Made by a program: the position numbers and the translations under genes. The notes below the pieces were generated by a model. The model saw only the letters and a list, made by a program, of their open reading frames with translations, was not told where the DNA came from and made no database searches. Positions 37,378 to 47,619 of a stretch of 51,366 bases of DNA are shown in pieces. The DNA comes from Candidatus Zambryskiibacteriota bacterium. GTDB lineage: Bacteria; Patescibacteriota; Minisyncoccia; Phycocordibacterales; DATDWN01. The stretch spans positions 1 to 51,366 of the forward strand of contig JAPLZY010000008.1 in assembly GCA_026394775.1 (NCBI GenBank), read 5' to 3'. Each line of letters starts with the position of its first letter. Positions within the stretch are counted from its first letter, which is position 1.

Positions 37378-38460
37378 ATGGAGCAAACATCTCATACAAT
37401 ACATATTGGGGCAGGTACAATCATTAAAACCATATTAGTGGTTTGTCTTTTTTATATCCTCTATATCCTTAAAGACTTGGTATTGGTGGTGCTCATGTCT
37501 ATCGTTATCGCATCGTCTATAGAGCCTATGACAAAGTGGTTTGTTGACCACAAAATCCCACGACTTCTTGGAGTGATTTTTATCTATCTCACTCTTGCCT
37601 CTATACTCGCATTTTCTGTTTTTTACCTTCTCCTCCCGCTTCTTTCTGAGTCGACAAGTGTGCTTAAGACTTTACCTTCATATCTCACATCGCACAATGT
37701 AGAAGCAACACTTTCTTCGAGTGGTTTTCTTGGCGAACAATCTTCTTTATTAAACGGAATTGAAAATACGATCAATGTGCAGGAAGTGGTGGCAAGTTTA
37801 AATGCGGTGATTGACGGTTTTTCAACAGGAGCATTTAATACGATAGCTTATGTTTTTGGTGGAGTACTTTCTTTTGTGCTCATGGTTGTACTCTCTTTTT
37901 ATCTGTCTGTTGATGAAAACGGAGTAGGGAAGTTTTTGCGGATCATCACCCCACTTAAACATGAAAAATACGTACTTGATTTGTGGAGACGAGCGCAAAG
38001 TAAGATTGGTCTATGGATGCAGGGACAACTTATTCTTGCGATCATTATCGCAATGCTTGTGTATCTAGGACTGACACTTCTCAATGTACCCAACGCTTTA
38101 CTTCTTGCATTTTTGGCAGGACTTTTTGAGATTATTCCTCTCTTTGGACCGATTCTTGCGGCTATTCCTGCAGTTATGATAGCTTTTGTATCATCGGGAG
38201 GTATTTCACTGGCTGTTGTGGTGATCGGTCTTTACGTTATTATTCACCAGTTTGAAAACCATCTGATCTACCCACTTGTGGTAAAAAAGGTCACTGGAGT
38301 TTCACCTATTGTCTCTATCGTCGCCCTGGTTGCAGGTTGGGAGCTTGCTGGTTTCCTTGGTCTTATCATCGCTGTACCTTTTGCGGCTGTGTGTATGGAA
38401 TTTTTTGATGATGTAGAGCGAAACAAGATCGCACAAATTGAGGCGAATAAAAGTAACTAA
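37378..38460 (+). CDS. AI-2E family transporter
   Basis: WMQGQL, FEIIPLFGP, HQFENHLIYP. Confidence 0.88.
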   Translation: MEQTSHTIHIGAGTIIKTILVVCLFYILYILKDLVLVVLMSIVIASSIEPMTKWFVDHKIPRLLGVIFIYLTLASILAFSVFYLLLPLLSESTSVLKTLPSYLTSHNVEATLSSSGFLGEQSSLLNGIENTINVQEVVASLNAVIDGFSTGAFNTIAYVFGGVLSFVLMVVLSFYLSVDENGVGKFLRIITPLKHEKYVLDLWRRAQSKIGLWMQGQLILAIIIAMLVYLGLTLLNVPNALLLAFLAGLFEIIPLFGPILAAIPAVMIAFVSSGGISLAVVVIGLYVIIHQFENHLIYPLVVKKVTGVSPIVSIVALVAGWELAGFLGLIIAVPFAAVCMEFFDDVERNKIAQIEANKSN

Positions 38461-38466
38461 CTGTAT

Positions 38467-39894
38467 ATGTCAAAGACTTTTTATATTACGACCCCTATAT
38501 TTTACCCCAATGCAAAACTGCATATGGGACATGCTTATACTGTCACGTTATGTGACATTATTTGTCGCGCGCAAAAAATCCAAGGTAAAGAAGGATATTT
38601 GTTGACTGGTGCAGATGAAAATACGGGGAAGATTCTTAAAGTTGTTGAGGAGCAAGGTCAGAGTGTTGAAGAGTATCTCAGCCAGGTTACCGAGAATTTT
38701 AAAGATCTCTATAGTAAGCTCGGGATTTCATATAATCAGTTTATTAAAACATCTGACAAAGAAAAGCATTGGCCTGGTGCGCAAGCCCTGTGGAAAAAAC
38801 TAGTTGATGCAGGCGACATTTACAAAGCGTCGTATACTGGTCTGTACTGTGTAGGTTGTGAGACTTTCTATACAGAAAAAGATTTAGCCGATGGTAAATG
38901 CCCAGTGCACCTGACTGCGCCAGAACAAATAAAAGAAGAAAACTATTTTTTTAGACTTTCAAAATACACGCAAGTCATTAAAGAAAAGATAGAGTCAGAT
39001 GAGCTTCTGGTTCTTCCTCAGACCCGAAAAAATGAAATACTCGCATTACTTGAAAGAGGGCTCGAAGATATAAGTTTTTCTCGACCTGTTAAAAATGTGC
39101 CTCACGGAATACCTGTTCCTGGTGATAACTCCCAGGTTATTTATGTGTGGTGCGATGCATTAGTGAATTATATTTCTGCGCTTGGGTATGGGCGTGATGA
39201 TGAATTATTTCAAAAATTTTGGCCCGCGGATGTGCATGTGGTGGGGAAAGATATTTTGCGTTTCCATGCTGCTATTTGGCCCGCAATGCTTCTTTCGGCA
39301 GGTATTTCGCTCCCAAAAAGTTTGTTAGTTCATGGCCTCATCACTTCAGGTGGACATAAAATGTCAAAGAGCTTGGGTAATGTAATTGATCCGTACGAAC
39401 TCATAGAAGAATATGGCTATGAAGCTGTACGATATTACTTGGCTCGAGAAGTGAGTCCGTTTGAAGATGGAGACATGACCACGGAACGTTTCAAAGAAAG
39501 TTACAATGCAAATCTTGCAAATGGTATAGGAAACCTAACTTCTCGTATTATGAAAATGGCTCAAGATAATCTTGATGCACCTATTGTTATTACAGAAGAA
39601 AAGAATATGTCAGAATATTTTGCTTTGTATGATACATATGAAATTAGTAAAGCAGGGGATTACGTGTGGAATGAAATAAAATTTCTGGATCAGTATATTC
39701 AGGAACACCAGCCGTTTAAACTTATTAAGACAGATAAAGAAGCAGGACAGAAGATGATTTCTGATTTAGTAGCGCGACTACACAGAGTCGCTTTGATGCT
39801 CGCACCAATTCTACCTGAAACCTCAGAAAAAATTAAAACCCTCATTAAAGAAAACAAGGTTCCAGAGACACAGCTTTTTGTGCGTAAGGATTAG
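38467..39894 (+). CDS. metG: methionine--tRNA ligase
   Basis: YITTPIFYPN, HMGH, YVWCDAL, GKDILRFH, KMSKS. Confidence 0.97.
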   Translation: MSKTFYITTPIFYPNAKLHMGHAYTVTLCDIICRAQKIQGKEGYLLTGADENTGKILKVVEEQGQSVEEYLSQVTENFKDLYSKLGISYNQFIKTSDKEKHWPGAQALWKKLVDAGDIYKASYTGLYCVGCETFYTEKDLADGKCPVHLTAPEQIKEENYFFRLSKYTQVIKEKIESDELLVLPQTRKNEILALLERGLEDISFSRPVKNVPHGIPVPGDNSQVIYVWCDALVNYISALGYGRDDELFQKFWPADVHVVGKDILRFHAAIWPAMLLSAGISLPKSLLVHGLITSGGHKMSKSLGNVIDPYELIEEYGYEAVRYYLAREVSPFEDGDMTTERFKESYNANLANGIGNLTSRIMKMAQDNLDAPIVITEEKNMSEYFALYDTYEISKAGDYVWNEIKFLDQYIQEHQPFKLIKTDKEAGQKMISDLVARLHRVALMLAPILPETSEKIKTLIKENKVPETQLFVRKD

Positions 39895-39895
39895 C

Positions 39896-39940
39896 ATTAT
39901 TCGTATTTATTCGTAAGTATTTAATTCGTATATTCGTATG
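39896..39940. repeat. right half of the ATTCGT element
   Basis: Four ATTCGTA units; the last overlaps the tatD ATG. Confidence 0.7.
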
Positions 39941-40738
39941 TTTAACTATATCGACATACACTCCCACCTTTATTTCAAAGATTTTGATTTTGATAGAGAA
40001 GAGGTGATTGCCCGCATGAAAAATGCGGATATTGCTACGATTTCTATTGGTACGTGTCTTCAGACTTCGAGACAATCGGTGGGTTTGGCACACATCCATT
40101 CTAATATTTTTGCTTGTGTAGGAATGCACCCTGGTGATGTGGTGGATGCGGTTGTGCCACCGGAAATTGATGAACTAGCTCTTGATCCTAAGGTAGTCGC
40201 TATTGGTGAATGTGGTTTTGATTATTTCAGAATCGGAGAAAATGGAGAGGAGATTAAAAAATCTCAGAAAAAAGTTTTTGAGCATCAAATAGAACTAGCG
40301 CTGAAAGTAGAGAAGCCACTTATGCTGCATTGTCGCTCAAGTAAGGGAAGTCAGGATGCATATCACGATACACTTGAAATATTGGAAAGTTACTATAAAG
40401 AACAAGGAGGTAATTTGCGTGGCAATGCACATTTTTTTGCAGGGGATATAGGTGTGCTAAAAAGATTTTTAGATATTGGATTTACTGTCTCTTTTACCGG
40501 GGTTATCACTTTTACCCACGACTACGACGATGCGGTCAGATATGCCCCCCTTGAGTCGCTTCATGCTGAGACTGACGCCCCGTTTGTCGCTCCTGTGCCC
40601 CACAGAGGTGGCCGAAACAGCCCTGAATACGTCCCTCATGTGGTTTCTGCACTAGCCCGAATCAAAGAAGAAGATGAGGAAATAGTCAAAAAGACCCTTA
40701 TTTCTAACGCCAGAAGGCTTTTTGCGCTCCCTTTGTAG
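39938..40738 (+). CDS. tatD: TatD-family hydrolase
   Basis: DIHSHL, GMHP, IGECGFDY, LHCR, ETDAP. Confidence 0.93.
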   Translation: MFNYIDIHSHLYFKDFDFDREEVIARMKNADIATISIGTCLQTSRQSVGLAHIHSNIFACVGMHPGDVVDAVVPPEIDELALDPKVVAIGECGFDYFRIGENGEEIKKSQKKVFEHQIELALKVEKPLMLHCRSSKGSQDAYHDTLEILESYYKEQGGNLRGNAHFFAGDIGVLKRFLDIGFTVSFTGVITFTHDYDDAVRYAPLESLHAETDAPFVAPVPHRGGRNSPEYVPHVVSALARIKEEDEEIVKKTLISNARRLFALPL

Positions 40739-40777
40739 ACCTTGCTTTTCTGAAAGAGGTGTGATAATCTTTGACTC

Positions 40778-41278
40778 ATGGAAAAAGAGAACGCAACACC
40801 CCTAAAAATAGCAAGCAAAACCGATACATCAAAGATCTATGAGCTCGGTTATATTTTGGTATCATCACTCCCAGATGAAAAGATTGTCGATGAAGTAAGT
40901 GTGCTCAAAGACCTTCTTTCAGCAAACGGTGGAGATATTATCTCAAGCGAAGACCCTATTTTGATTGACCTCGCATACCCAATGCTTAAAGTAGTATCCG
41001 CACAAAGACAGAAATATTCTCGAGGATACTTTGGATGGGTTAAGTTTGAAGGGGAGCCAGACTCATTGACTGCAATCAAAAAAGTTCTTGATCTTTCACA
41101 CACAATGCTCCGATATATGATAGTAAAGACAGTTCGAGAAAACACTCTCTTAAACGGTAAAATGGTCCTTCGCCAGGAAGAAAGAGAAGAAGTTGCTCTC
41201 GAAGATGCTGGTGAAGAAGCACCAATTGAATCTGGAGAAGTTCTTGATAAGACCATCGATGATCTTGTAATCGCATAA
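40778..41278 (+). CDS. rpsF: 30S ribosomal protein S6
   Basis: YELGYIL, LAYP, LRYMIV; first gene of the rpsF-ssb-rpsR cluster. Confidence 0.88.
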   Translation: MEKENATPLKIASKTDTSKIYELGYILVSSLPDEKIVDEVSVLKDLLSANGGDIISSEDPILIDLAYPMLKVVSAQRQKYSRGYFGWVKFEGEPDSLTAIKKVLDLSHTMLRYMIVKTVRENTLLNGKMVLRQEEREEVALEDAGEEAPIESGEVLDKTIDDLVIA

Positions 41279-41281
41279 TCT

Positions 41282-41734
41282 ATGTATCTAAACCAAGCAA
41301 TCGTCATAGGTAACCTCACTCGTGATCCAGAGTTTAAGGCATTGCCGTCTGGTATTACAGTGACCAGTTTCTCTGTAGCGACAAACCGAGTATGGAAAGA
41401 TAAAAATGGTGCAAAGCAAGAGAGTGCCGACTATCACAACATTGTATTGTTTGGACGTCAGGCGGAGATTGCAAACCAGTATTTGAAAAAAGGAGCTTCA
41501 GTGTTGATAGAAGGAAGAATGCAGACACGAAGTTGGGACGATGCTGGAGGTAAGAAAAACTACCGAACAGAAATCATCGCCGATCGAATGCAGTTTGGTC
41601 CACGGACTGGAGGAGCACCAATGCCACAGTCAGGTCCCTCAGCCTCGCAGGCAGCACCAGAGCAGGGTTCAAAGGCTCTTGATACGATAGAGTATCCGGA
41701 AGAAGAAATTAACCCTGAAGACATCCCATTTTAG
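41282..41734 (+). CDS. ssb: single-stranded DNA-binding protein
   Basis: GNLTRDPE, IEGRMQTRSW, C-terminal EDIPF. Confidence 0.97.
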   Translation: MYLNQAIVIGNLTRDPEFKALPSGITVTSFSVATNRVWKDKNGAKQESADYHNIVLFGRQAEIANQYLKKGASVLIEGRMQTRSWDDAGGKKNYRTEIIADRMQFGPRTGGAPMPQSGPSASQAAPEQGSKALDTIEYPEEEINPEDIPF

Positions 41735-41735
41735 T

Positions 41736-41847
41736 TAAACATACGAATATGCGAATGTACGAATGATGCAAATGGTTACGAATAAAAAACCAAAGACATT
41801 CATTCGGAGACATTCGTAGATTCGGATTATTAGTTAATTCGTATATT
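41736..41847. repeat. ACGAAT/ATTCGT intergenic hairpin element, copy B
   Basis: Starts TAAACATACGAATAT and ends GTTAATTCGTATATT exactly as copy A does. Confidence 0.85.
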
Positions 41848-41853
41848 TATTTC

Positions 41854-42051
41854 ATGAAGTGTTACTTTACTCAAAACAACATAGTGCATATTGACTACAA
41901 AGATGTAGATTTGCTCAAGAAATTCCTCAACCCGCATGCGCGAATGATTTCACGTAAGCGAACAGGTACCACTGCAAAAAACCAGCGAAACCTTGCCGAG
42001 GCTATAAAGCGGGCGAGAGTGATGGGACTACTTCCTTTCGTTTCTAGATAA
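41854..42051 (+). CDS. rpsR: 30S ribosomal protein S18
   Basis: [28 protein letters not shown]. Confidence 0.96.
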   Translation: MKCYFTQNNIVHIDYKDVDLLKKFLNPHARMISRKRTGTTAKNQRNLAEAIKRARVMGLLPFVSR

Positions 42052-42052
42052 A

Positions 42053-42180
42053 AGAACTTTGGTCTTTTTCACCAATCTCATCGGCTAAAATCTGAAAATG
42101 GTCCTCAACATACGACATGTATGTCTCCGGTCCCTTCCCAGATTTTATCCGCGACCTCGGTAAAAAATCCCCAAAGCTCT
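42053..42180. repeat. 128-bp imperfect palindromic element
   Basis: Nested arms AGAACTTTGG/CCAAAGCTCT, TAAAATCTG/CAGATTTTA and CATAC/GTATG. Confidence 0.75.
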
Positions 42181-42183
42181 AAT

Positions 42184-42207
42184 TAAAAACCCCTTACAGG
42201 GTTTTTA
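42184..42207. terminator. bidirectional terminator between rpsR and efp
   Basis: TAAAAACCC-loop-GGGTTTTTA. Confidence 0.75.
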
Positions 42208-42213
42208 TTTTAC

Positions 42214-42792
42214 CTAGAAACTATTTCCAACACGTTCTGAGTACTCTCCAGTATCAGTATTGATACGAATGATCTCTCCTTCTTTAATAAACATCGGTAC
42301 AAAGACAGTAGCACCTGTTTCTACAGTCACGCTCTTTGTGGCTCCCTGAGCTGTATTTCCTTTGGTTGCATCCTGTGCCTCTGTTACCTTAAGCTCTACT
42401 TTTACGGGCATTTTGACACCAATAATCTTTTCCTTGAACAAGAGAAGGGAAATGATAGCATTTGTTTTCATAAACTTTGCTCCAATACCAATCATTTCTT
42501 CTTCAATCTTAAACCGCTTTGAAGGGTCGTTGATTTCACAAAACCAAAATTCACCTTTGTTTGCAAAGAGAAATTTTACGTCTTTTTTGTCAATCTCTGC
42601 TTCTTCTACCTTTTCAGATACATGGAAAGACTGTTCAGTCATTTTGCCTGAAATGAGGTTTTTAAGCTTGGTTGCATTGACCGGTTTTCGCTGTTGTTTT
42701 CGAAACACATGCGAGTCAATAACCTCGTAGGGAGTACCATCGAGGACAATAAATTTTCGTTCTACGATTTCGTTGTATTCAAGCATTGCCAT
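42214..42792 (-). CDS. efp: elongation factor P
   Basis: KLKNLISG, KGNTAQGATKSVTVETGA, VPMFIKEGE.IRINTDTGEY.ER. Confidence 0.93.
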   Translation of the reverse strand: MAMLEYNEIVERKFIVLDGTPYEVIDSHVFRKQQRKPVNATKLKNLISGKMTEQSFHVSEKVEEAEIDKKDVKFLFANKGEFWFCEINDPSKRFKIEEEMIGIGAKFMKTNAIISLLLFKEKIIGVKMPVKVELKVTEAQDATKGNTAQGATKSVTVETGATVFVPMFIKEGEIIRINTDTGEYSERVGNSF

Positions 42793-42868
42793 ATAAAGTG
42801 TATGTATTTAAAGTATAACAGACTGTATAACCTTGCGATTATAGCGTATTTTAGGCTTCAAGGAAAGT

Positions 42869-42900
42869 AAAAAGCCTTATCTGTACAGATAAGGCTTTTT
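42869..42900. terminator. terminator after recA (perfect 32-bp palindrome)
   Basis: AAAAAGCCTTATCTGTACAGATAAGGCTTTTT. Confidence 0.75.
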
Positions 42901-42902
42901 GA

Positions 42903-43985
42903 TTACTCATCAGATGGAGCACTGTCTTCATCTTGGTCACCTCCAACGGGGGTAGGGACTACAGAGCCATTGTTTTTAGCCAAGCCCTCACGGATTTCTT
43001 TGAGCACCTTGTCTGCTAGTTTTGGGTTCTCACGCAAAAACTGTCGTGTTGCGTCGTATCCTCGACCGAGCTTTTCATCTCCATAAGCATAGCTTGTTCC
43101 TGATTTTGTAATTATTTTCATTTTCTCACCGAGAGCAATAATTTCTCCTTCACGAGAAATACCTTCGTTGTACATCAGGTCAAATTCGGTTTGTTTGAAA
43201 GGGGCTGCAACTTTGTTTTTTACTACTTTCACGCGGATACGTCCACCCATAATCTCTTCACCTTTTTTGATCTGGGCAATACGGCGAATGTCGATACGTA
43301 CAGAAGTGTAAAATTTAAGAGCCTTTCCTCCTGGAGTGGTCTCAGGGTTTCCAAACATCACACCGATTTGCATGCGGATTTGGTTGATAAAGATCACCAC
43401 TGTCTTAGACTTTGCTACAATTGCGGTCAGTTTACGAAGAGCTTGTGACATAAGACGTGCTTGCTTACCCACGTGATGTGCCCCCATATCTCCCTCAATC
43501 TCATCGCGAGGGGTGAGTGCTGCTACAGAGTCTATAACAATCACATCCATCTTACCTGATCGAACAAGGGATTCGACAATCTCAAGTGCTTGTTCGCCGT
43601 TGTCTGGTTGAGAAATAAGAAGTTGGTTTATGTTTACACCAAGTCTTTGTGCGTATTCAGGATCCATCGAATGCTCCGCATCGATAAAGGCACAGATGCC
43701 ACCCATCTTTTGAGCCTCGGCTACTATATGTAGAGAGAGGGTAGTCTTACCTGAAGATTCAGGTCCAAATATTTCTATAATACGTCCACGAGGAATACCT
43801 CCTACACCAAGTGCCGCATCGAGACCTATTGATCCTGTCGGGATAGCATTTACATCTACATGAGGTTTGTCTCCCAGCATCATGATAGAGTCTTCACCAA
43901 ATTTTGTTCGTATTTCTCGGAGTGTATCTGCTACGCCAGCGTCGCTACCTTTTGCTACCTTTTCTTTCTTTGGTTTTTTTTGCAT
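42903..43985 (-). CDS. recA: recombinase RecA
   Basis: [42 protein letters not shown]. Confidence 0.99.
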   Translation of the reverse strand: MQKKPKKEKVAKGSDAGVADTLREIRTKFGEDSIMMLGDKPHVDVNAIPTGSIGLDAALGVGGIPRGRIIEIFGPESSGKTTLSLHIVAEAQKMGGICAFIDAEHSMDPEYAQRLGVNINQLLISQPDNGEQALEIVESLVRSGKMDVIVIDSVAALTPRDEIEGDMGAHHVGKQARLMSQALRKLTAIVAKSKTVVIFINQIRMQIGVMFGNPETTPGGKALKFYTSVRIDIRRIAQIKKGEEIMGGRIRVKVVKNKVAAPFKQTEFDLMYNEGISREGEIIALGEKMKIITKSGTSYAYGDEKLGRGYDATRQFLRENPKLADKVLKEIREGLAKNNGSVVPTPVGGDQDEDSAPSDE

Positions 43986-43999
43986 ATAAGTCGTTCTGA

Positions 44000-44353
44000 T
44001 TATAACTCTTTATAAATAATTTCTATTTTTCTTTCTACGTGCGCTCCAAATTTATCTTCTGCCTGCAGCTTTATTATATTATAGCCCGGCAAGAGGAGCA
44101 ATGAGTCTTTAAAGTTACCCAACTTGTCTGTATAGAGAGGTCGGTCGTTTAAACGAAGTACGCTTGTGTTCTTTGCCACACCTTTGATCTCGATGAGTGG
44201 GGTAGTGTATGTTGCTCCGTTTAAAGGAGAGGAGAGGTTGATAACGGGACCTCTCAGTATTTTTTGTGCTTGAAATCCACTGTATCCAACAACAACAAGA
44301 ACAAGCAAGACGAGTGAGTAGAATTTTATATAATACGTACCGTTTTTTTTCAT
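44000..44353 (-). CDS. small membrane-anchored Ig-like protein
   Basis: N-terminal TM then a beta-rich domain ([17 protein letters not shown]). Confidence 0.7.
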   Translation of the reverse strand: MKKNGTYYIKFYSLVLLVLVVVGYSGFQAQKILRGPVINLSSPLNGATYTTPLIEIKGVAKNTSVLRLNDRPLYTDKLGNFKDSLLLLPGYNIIKLQAEDKFGAHVERKIEIIYKEL

Positions 44354-44359
44354 GAGGGA

Positions 44360-46543
44360 CTATACAGTAGGGTCTGCTTCTCCTGTTTTTACGAGTACAT
44401 CACGAGCTTTTGCTCCGGATCCTGGTCCAATAACCTGTTTTTCTTCAAGACTATCGATGAGTCGTGCGGCTCGAGCGTATCCGATACCGAGCTTTCTTTG
44501 GAGGTACGATGTGGATGCTTTCCCGGTTTCAATAACGATAGAGCGGGCTTCTTCGTATAGGTCGTCATCATCTTCTCCACCTTCGTCTCCAAGTGTTGCT
44601 TCAAAAATAGAATTTTTACCCTCTTGGGATTTTCCAGACAAATCTATTTCATTTGGAAGTTCGAGTGCGTAGTTGTCGGCAAGATATTTTACTACACCTT
44701 TTAGCTCATTTTCTGAAATATATGCAGACTGGATACGCTGAGGTTGAGACATTTCACCTGAAAGGTAGAGCATATCTCCTGCACCAAGAAGTTTTTCCGC
44801 ACCAGACATGTCGAGTATAGTACGAGAGTCGATCTGAGAAGCTACCTGAAGCGCGAGTCGAGTCGGAACGTTGGCTTTGATCAGTCCAGTAATAACATTA
44901 ACCGATGGACGCTGAGTCGAGAGGATGAGGTGAATACCGACCGCTCGGGACATCTGAGCGAGACGTACAATACCAGCTTCAAGCTCTCGTGGGTAGGCTT
45001 GCATAATATCTGCCAACTCGTCAATTACCACTACTATATAAGGCATTGTCTCCACAGGAGTACTTTCTTCTTTACTGTTCCGTGCTTTTTTGAGTGCTGG
45101 CTCGACAATATTTTTATGATACGATTTTATGTTCTGGAGAGATACACCTTGGAGAATGTCGTACCGACGATCCATTTCTTTTGCTGCCCATTTGAGTGCG
45201 AGGATTGCTTTTTTTGCATCTGTGATTACGGGAGTGAGTAAATGTGGGATTTTGTTATACAAAGTGAGTTCCACACGTTTTGGATCCACCATAATAAACT
45301 TGAGGCTGTCTGGGGAGTTTCTGTAAAGAAGAGAGGTGATTACTGCATGAATAGTAACAGACTTACCAGAGCCAGTAGCACCTGCAATAAGCATATGAGG
45401 GGCCTTTGCAAGGTTTGCAAAATAAGACATACCAGAGATACCTTTACCAAGGCAGATCATGAGAGGGTCATCAGAATTTTGAAACTCAGGTGTTCCAAGA
45501 AGAGAACCCATTCCCACTGTTGTTTTGGTGGTGTTAGGGATCTCAATACCCACCAGAGACTTACCAGGAATAGGTGCTTCGATACGTAAAGGGTGGGCTG
45601 CGAGTGCGAGTGAGAGGTCATTTTGAAGACCTAAAATACGTGAGAGCTTTACGCCTTCGGCAGGTTTAAGGGCGTAGCGTGTGATCGATGGTCCGACAGA
45701 AACCTCGTCCATTTCTACATTGATACCAAAGTTTGCAAGCGTTCGCTTGATGATGTTTGAATTTGCTTTAATATCTCCAACTCCTGGCTTGCCCCGATCT
45801 TTTTCAAGAAGGGTAAGTGGGGGAGGAACAAACTCTTTTCCAGAGAGTGAAAGAAAACTTCCCGCAAGATCAAAATCCTTCTTTTCGTCAGTGTCAGATT
45901 TTTTTGTAGATGCCTTTGATTCATCTTTTTTCGCATCATCGAGGTTTGCCTGAGCAATAGCTTGGGCAGTAGCTGGTGCGAGGATAGGTTCAGTATCAAG
46001 TGACGCATCAACAAGAACCTCCTTCTTTCTAAAGAGCGATGAAAAATGTAGCTTGAGTGGAATATCAAACATAACCAAAAAAGATATCACTACAAATGCG
46101 ATAAGAATAATGATAGAAGCGTAGAGGTCAAAAAGTGAAAGGAGTGGGGAAGAGATTAGGTTGCCGACTACACCACCCTTTCCTCCAAGCCCACCTGATG
46201 ATGTAAAAATATTGAGGAGTGCAAGTGCAGAACAGAAGAAAAGTAAACCTCCGATACTGTGTGTAAGAGCGAGCTTTTTTTTAAGTGAATTAAAAAAAGA
46301 AATACAGAGAATAAGAAAGAGGAGAGGAAGGAGCCAGTAACCGTATCCAAAAAGATTTTTTAAAAAATCATAGGTCCAAAGTCCCACTTTACCCCCACTT
46401 GAAAAACCAGCGAGTGTGAAAAAAGTTGCGAGCACAAAAAAGAGAACTGCAATAATACCCTGTAGTGTTTCTTCTTGTAGATAGGTGAATAAGCTGTTCT
46501 CAGAGTCTTCCTTTTTTTCTTCGAGTTTTTTCTTGCGTCCCAT
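44360..46543 (-). CDS. ftsK: DNA translocase FtsK
   Basis: 4TM N-terminus, PHMLIAGATGSGKS, VIDELAD, TQRPSV, gamma domain STSYLQRKLGIGYARAARL. Confidence 0.97.
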   Translation of the reverse strand: MGRKKKLEEKKEDSENSLFTYLQEETLQGIIAVLFFVLATFFTLAGFSSGGKVGLWTYDFLKNLFGYGYWLLPLLFLILCISFFNSLKKKLALTHSIGGLLFFCSALALLNIFTSSGGLGGKGGVVGNLISSPLLSLFDLYASIIILIAFVVISFLVMFDIPLKLHFSSLFRKKEVLVDASLDTEPILAPATAQAIAQANLDDAKKDESKASTKKSDTDEKKDFDLAGSFLSLSGKEFVPPPLTLLEKDRGKPGVGDIKANSNIIKRTLANFGINVEMDEVSVGPSITRYALKPAEGVKLSRILGLQNDLSLALAAHPLRIEAPIPGKSLVGIEIPNTTKTTVGMGSLLGTPEFQNSDDPLMICLGKGISGMSYFANLAKAPHMLIAGATGSGKSVTIHAVITSLLYRNSPDSLKFIMVDPKRVELTLYNKIPHLLTPVITDAKKAILALKWAAKEMDRRYDILQGVSLQNIKSYHKNIVEPALKKARNSKEESTPVETMPYIVVVIDELADIMQAYPRELEAGIVRLAQMSRAVGIHLILSTQRPSVNVITGLIKANVPTRLALQVASQIDSRTILDMSGAEKLLGAGDMLYLSGEMSQPQRIQSAYISENELKGVVKYLADNYALELPNEIDLSGKSQEGKNSIFEATLGDEGGEDDDDLYEEARSIVIETGKASTSYLQRKLGIGYARAARLIDSLEEKQVIGPGSGAKARDVLVKTGEADPTV

Positions 46544-46797
46544 TTTTTTAAAATTTTACTTATTATAGCACAAAAGAAATATTGAGATGTGTAGAAACAT
46601 GTAGAAATACGAGGTGAGAAGTAAGAAGTTTGAGATAAGAAGAATAGAGGCATAAACTCAATGATTCTATATCTCTTGTTTCATATCTCTACCCTAGTGT
46701 ATAATGGACATGTACTTGATAGAATAAAAGACATGTGGTATTATATAAGACAACAAAAGACTTCTAAAAATTGTCTCTGAAACAAAATAAAAAACTA

Positions 46798-47619
46798 ATG
46801 GACAATCAAGGTCATAAAAAAGACATAGTGCCTACAGACAGCAGCCAAAACCAGGCAGCTCATTCTTCGAATAACAATAGCCCTATTGATTATTTCTCCC
46901 AAGACCAGTCTTTTGTCTTTGTGTATAAAAAGACAGAAAAGCTCGCTACTGCACTTTACATGGTCACCAATCTTTTTGGGGATGCGGAGCCTATGAAGTG
47001 GACATTGCGTATCAAGGTCTCGCATCTATTGTCTTTTATAATTGGTTTTAAAGAAATACTTGAATCAAGAGAACATGAGTTTTCAAATGAAGTAAAAACA
47101 AAAGTCCTTGAAATAGTGTCGCTCCTAGAAGTGGCCTCACGTTCAGGACTCGTTTCTCCGATGAATTTTTCTATACTTAAAACAGAGTTCATGAACCTCG
47201 TAGAGGCACTTTCTTCTTTCAAAAAAGAAATAACTACAGGTACACGTTTCTCACTACCGCAAACATTCTTTGACGTTGCTTTAAACAAAGAAGTAGAAAA
47301 GGACACTTCGGGTGGTATGCAAACCTTTAACACACCATCACCCCGGTCTTTTGATAAAAGACAAAGCAATGCTGTAAAAGACAACCTGTCTTTTACAGAT
47401 ACTCCAGAAAACAAAGATTCATTTAAAAAGACAAATCGTCAATCAATCATAATCAATTTACTAAAGAAAAAGAAAGACCTTACTATCAAAGATATCGCTC
47501 AGGTTATACGAGATTGTAGTGAAAAAACAATACAAAGAGAGCTCATTGCTTTGATACAGATCGGTGTCCTTAAGAAGGTGGGTGAGCGACGGTGGAGCAA
47601 ATATTCTCTTGTCGAGTAG
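46798..47619 (+). CDS. putative DNA-binding protein with a helical N-domain and a C-terminal DeoR-like winged HTH
   Basis: RQSIIINLL...LTIKDIA...SEKTIQRELIAL...GVLKKVGERRWSKY. Confidence 0.8.
   Translation: MDNQGHKKDIVPTDSSQNQAAHSSNNNSPIDYFSQDQSFVFVYKKTEKLATALYMVTNLFGDAEPMKWTLRIKVSHLLSFIIGFKEILESREHEFSNEVKTKVLEIVSLLEVASRSGLVSPMNFSILKTEFMNLVEALSSFKKEITTGTRFSLPQTFFDVALNKEVEKDTSGGMQTFNTPSPRSFDKRQSNAVKDNLSFTDTPENKDSFKKTNRQSIIINLLKKKKDLTIKDIAQVIRDCSEKTIQRELIALIQIGVLKKVGERRWSKYSLVE

Noticed and set aside
46575..46695. GAGA/TCTC periodic inverted array upstream of ftsK
   Set aside because: Suggestive of the same periodic-arm design but too degenerate to separate from purine-rich low complexity by eye.
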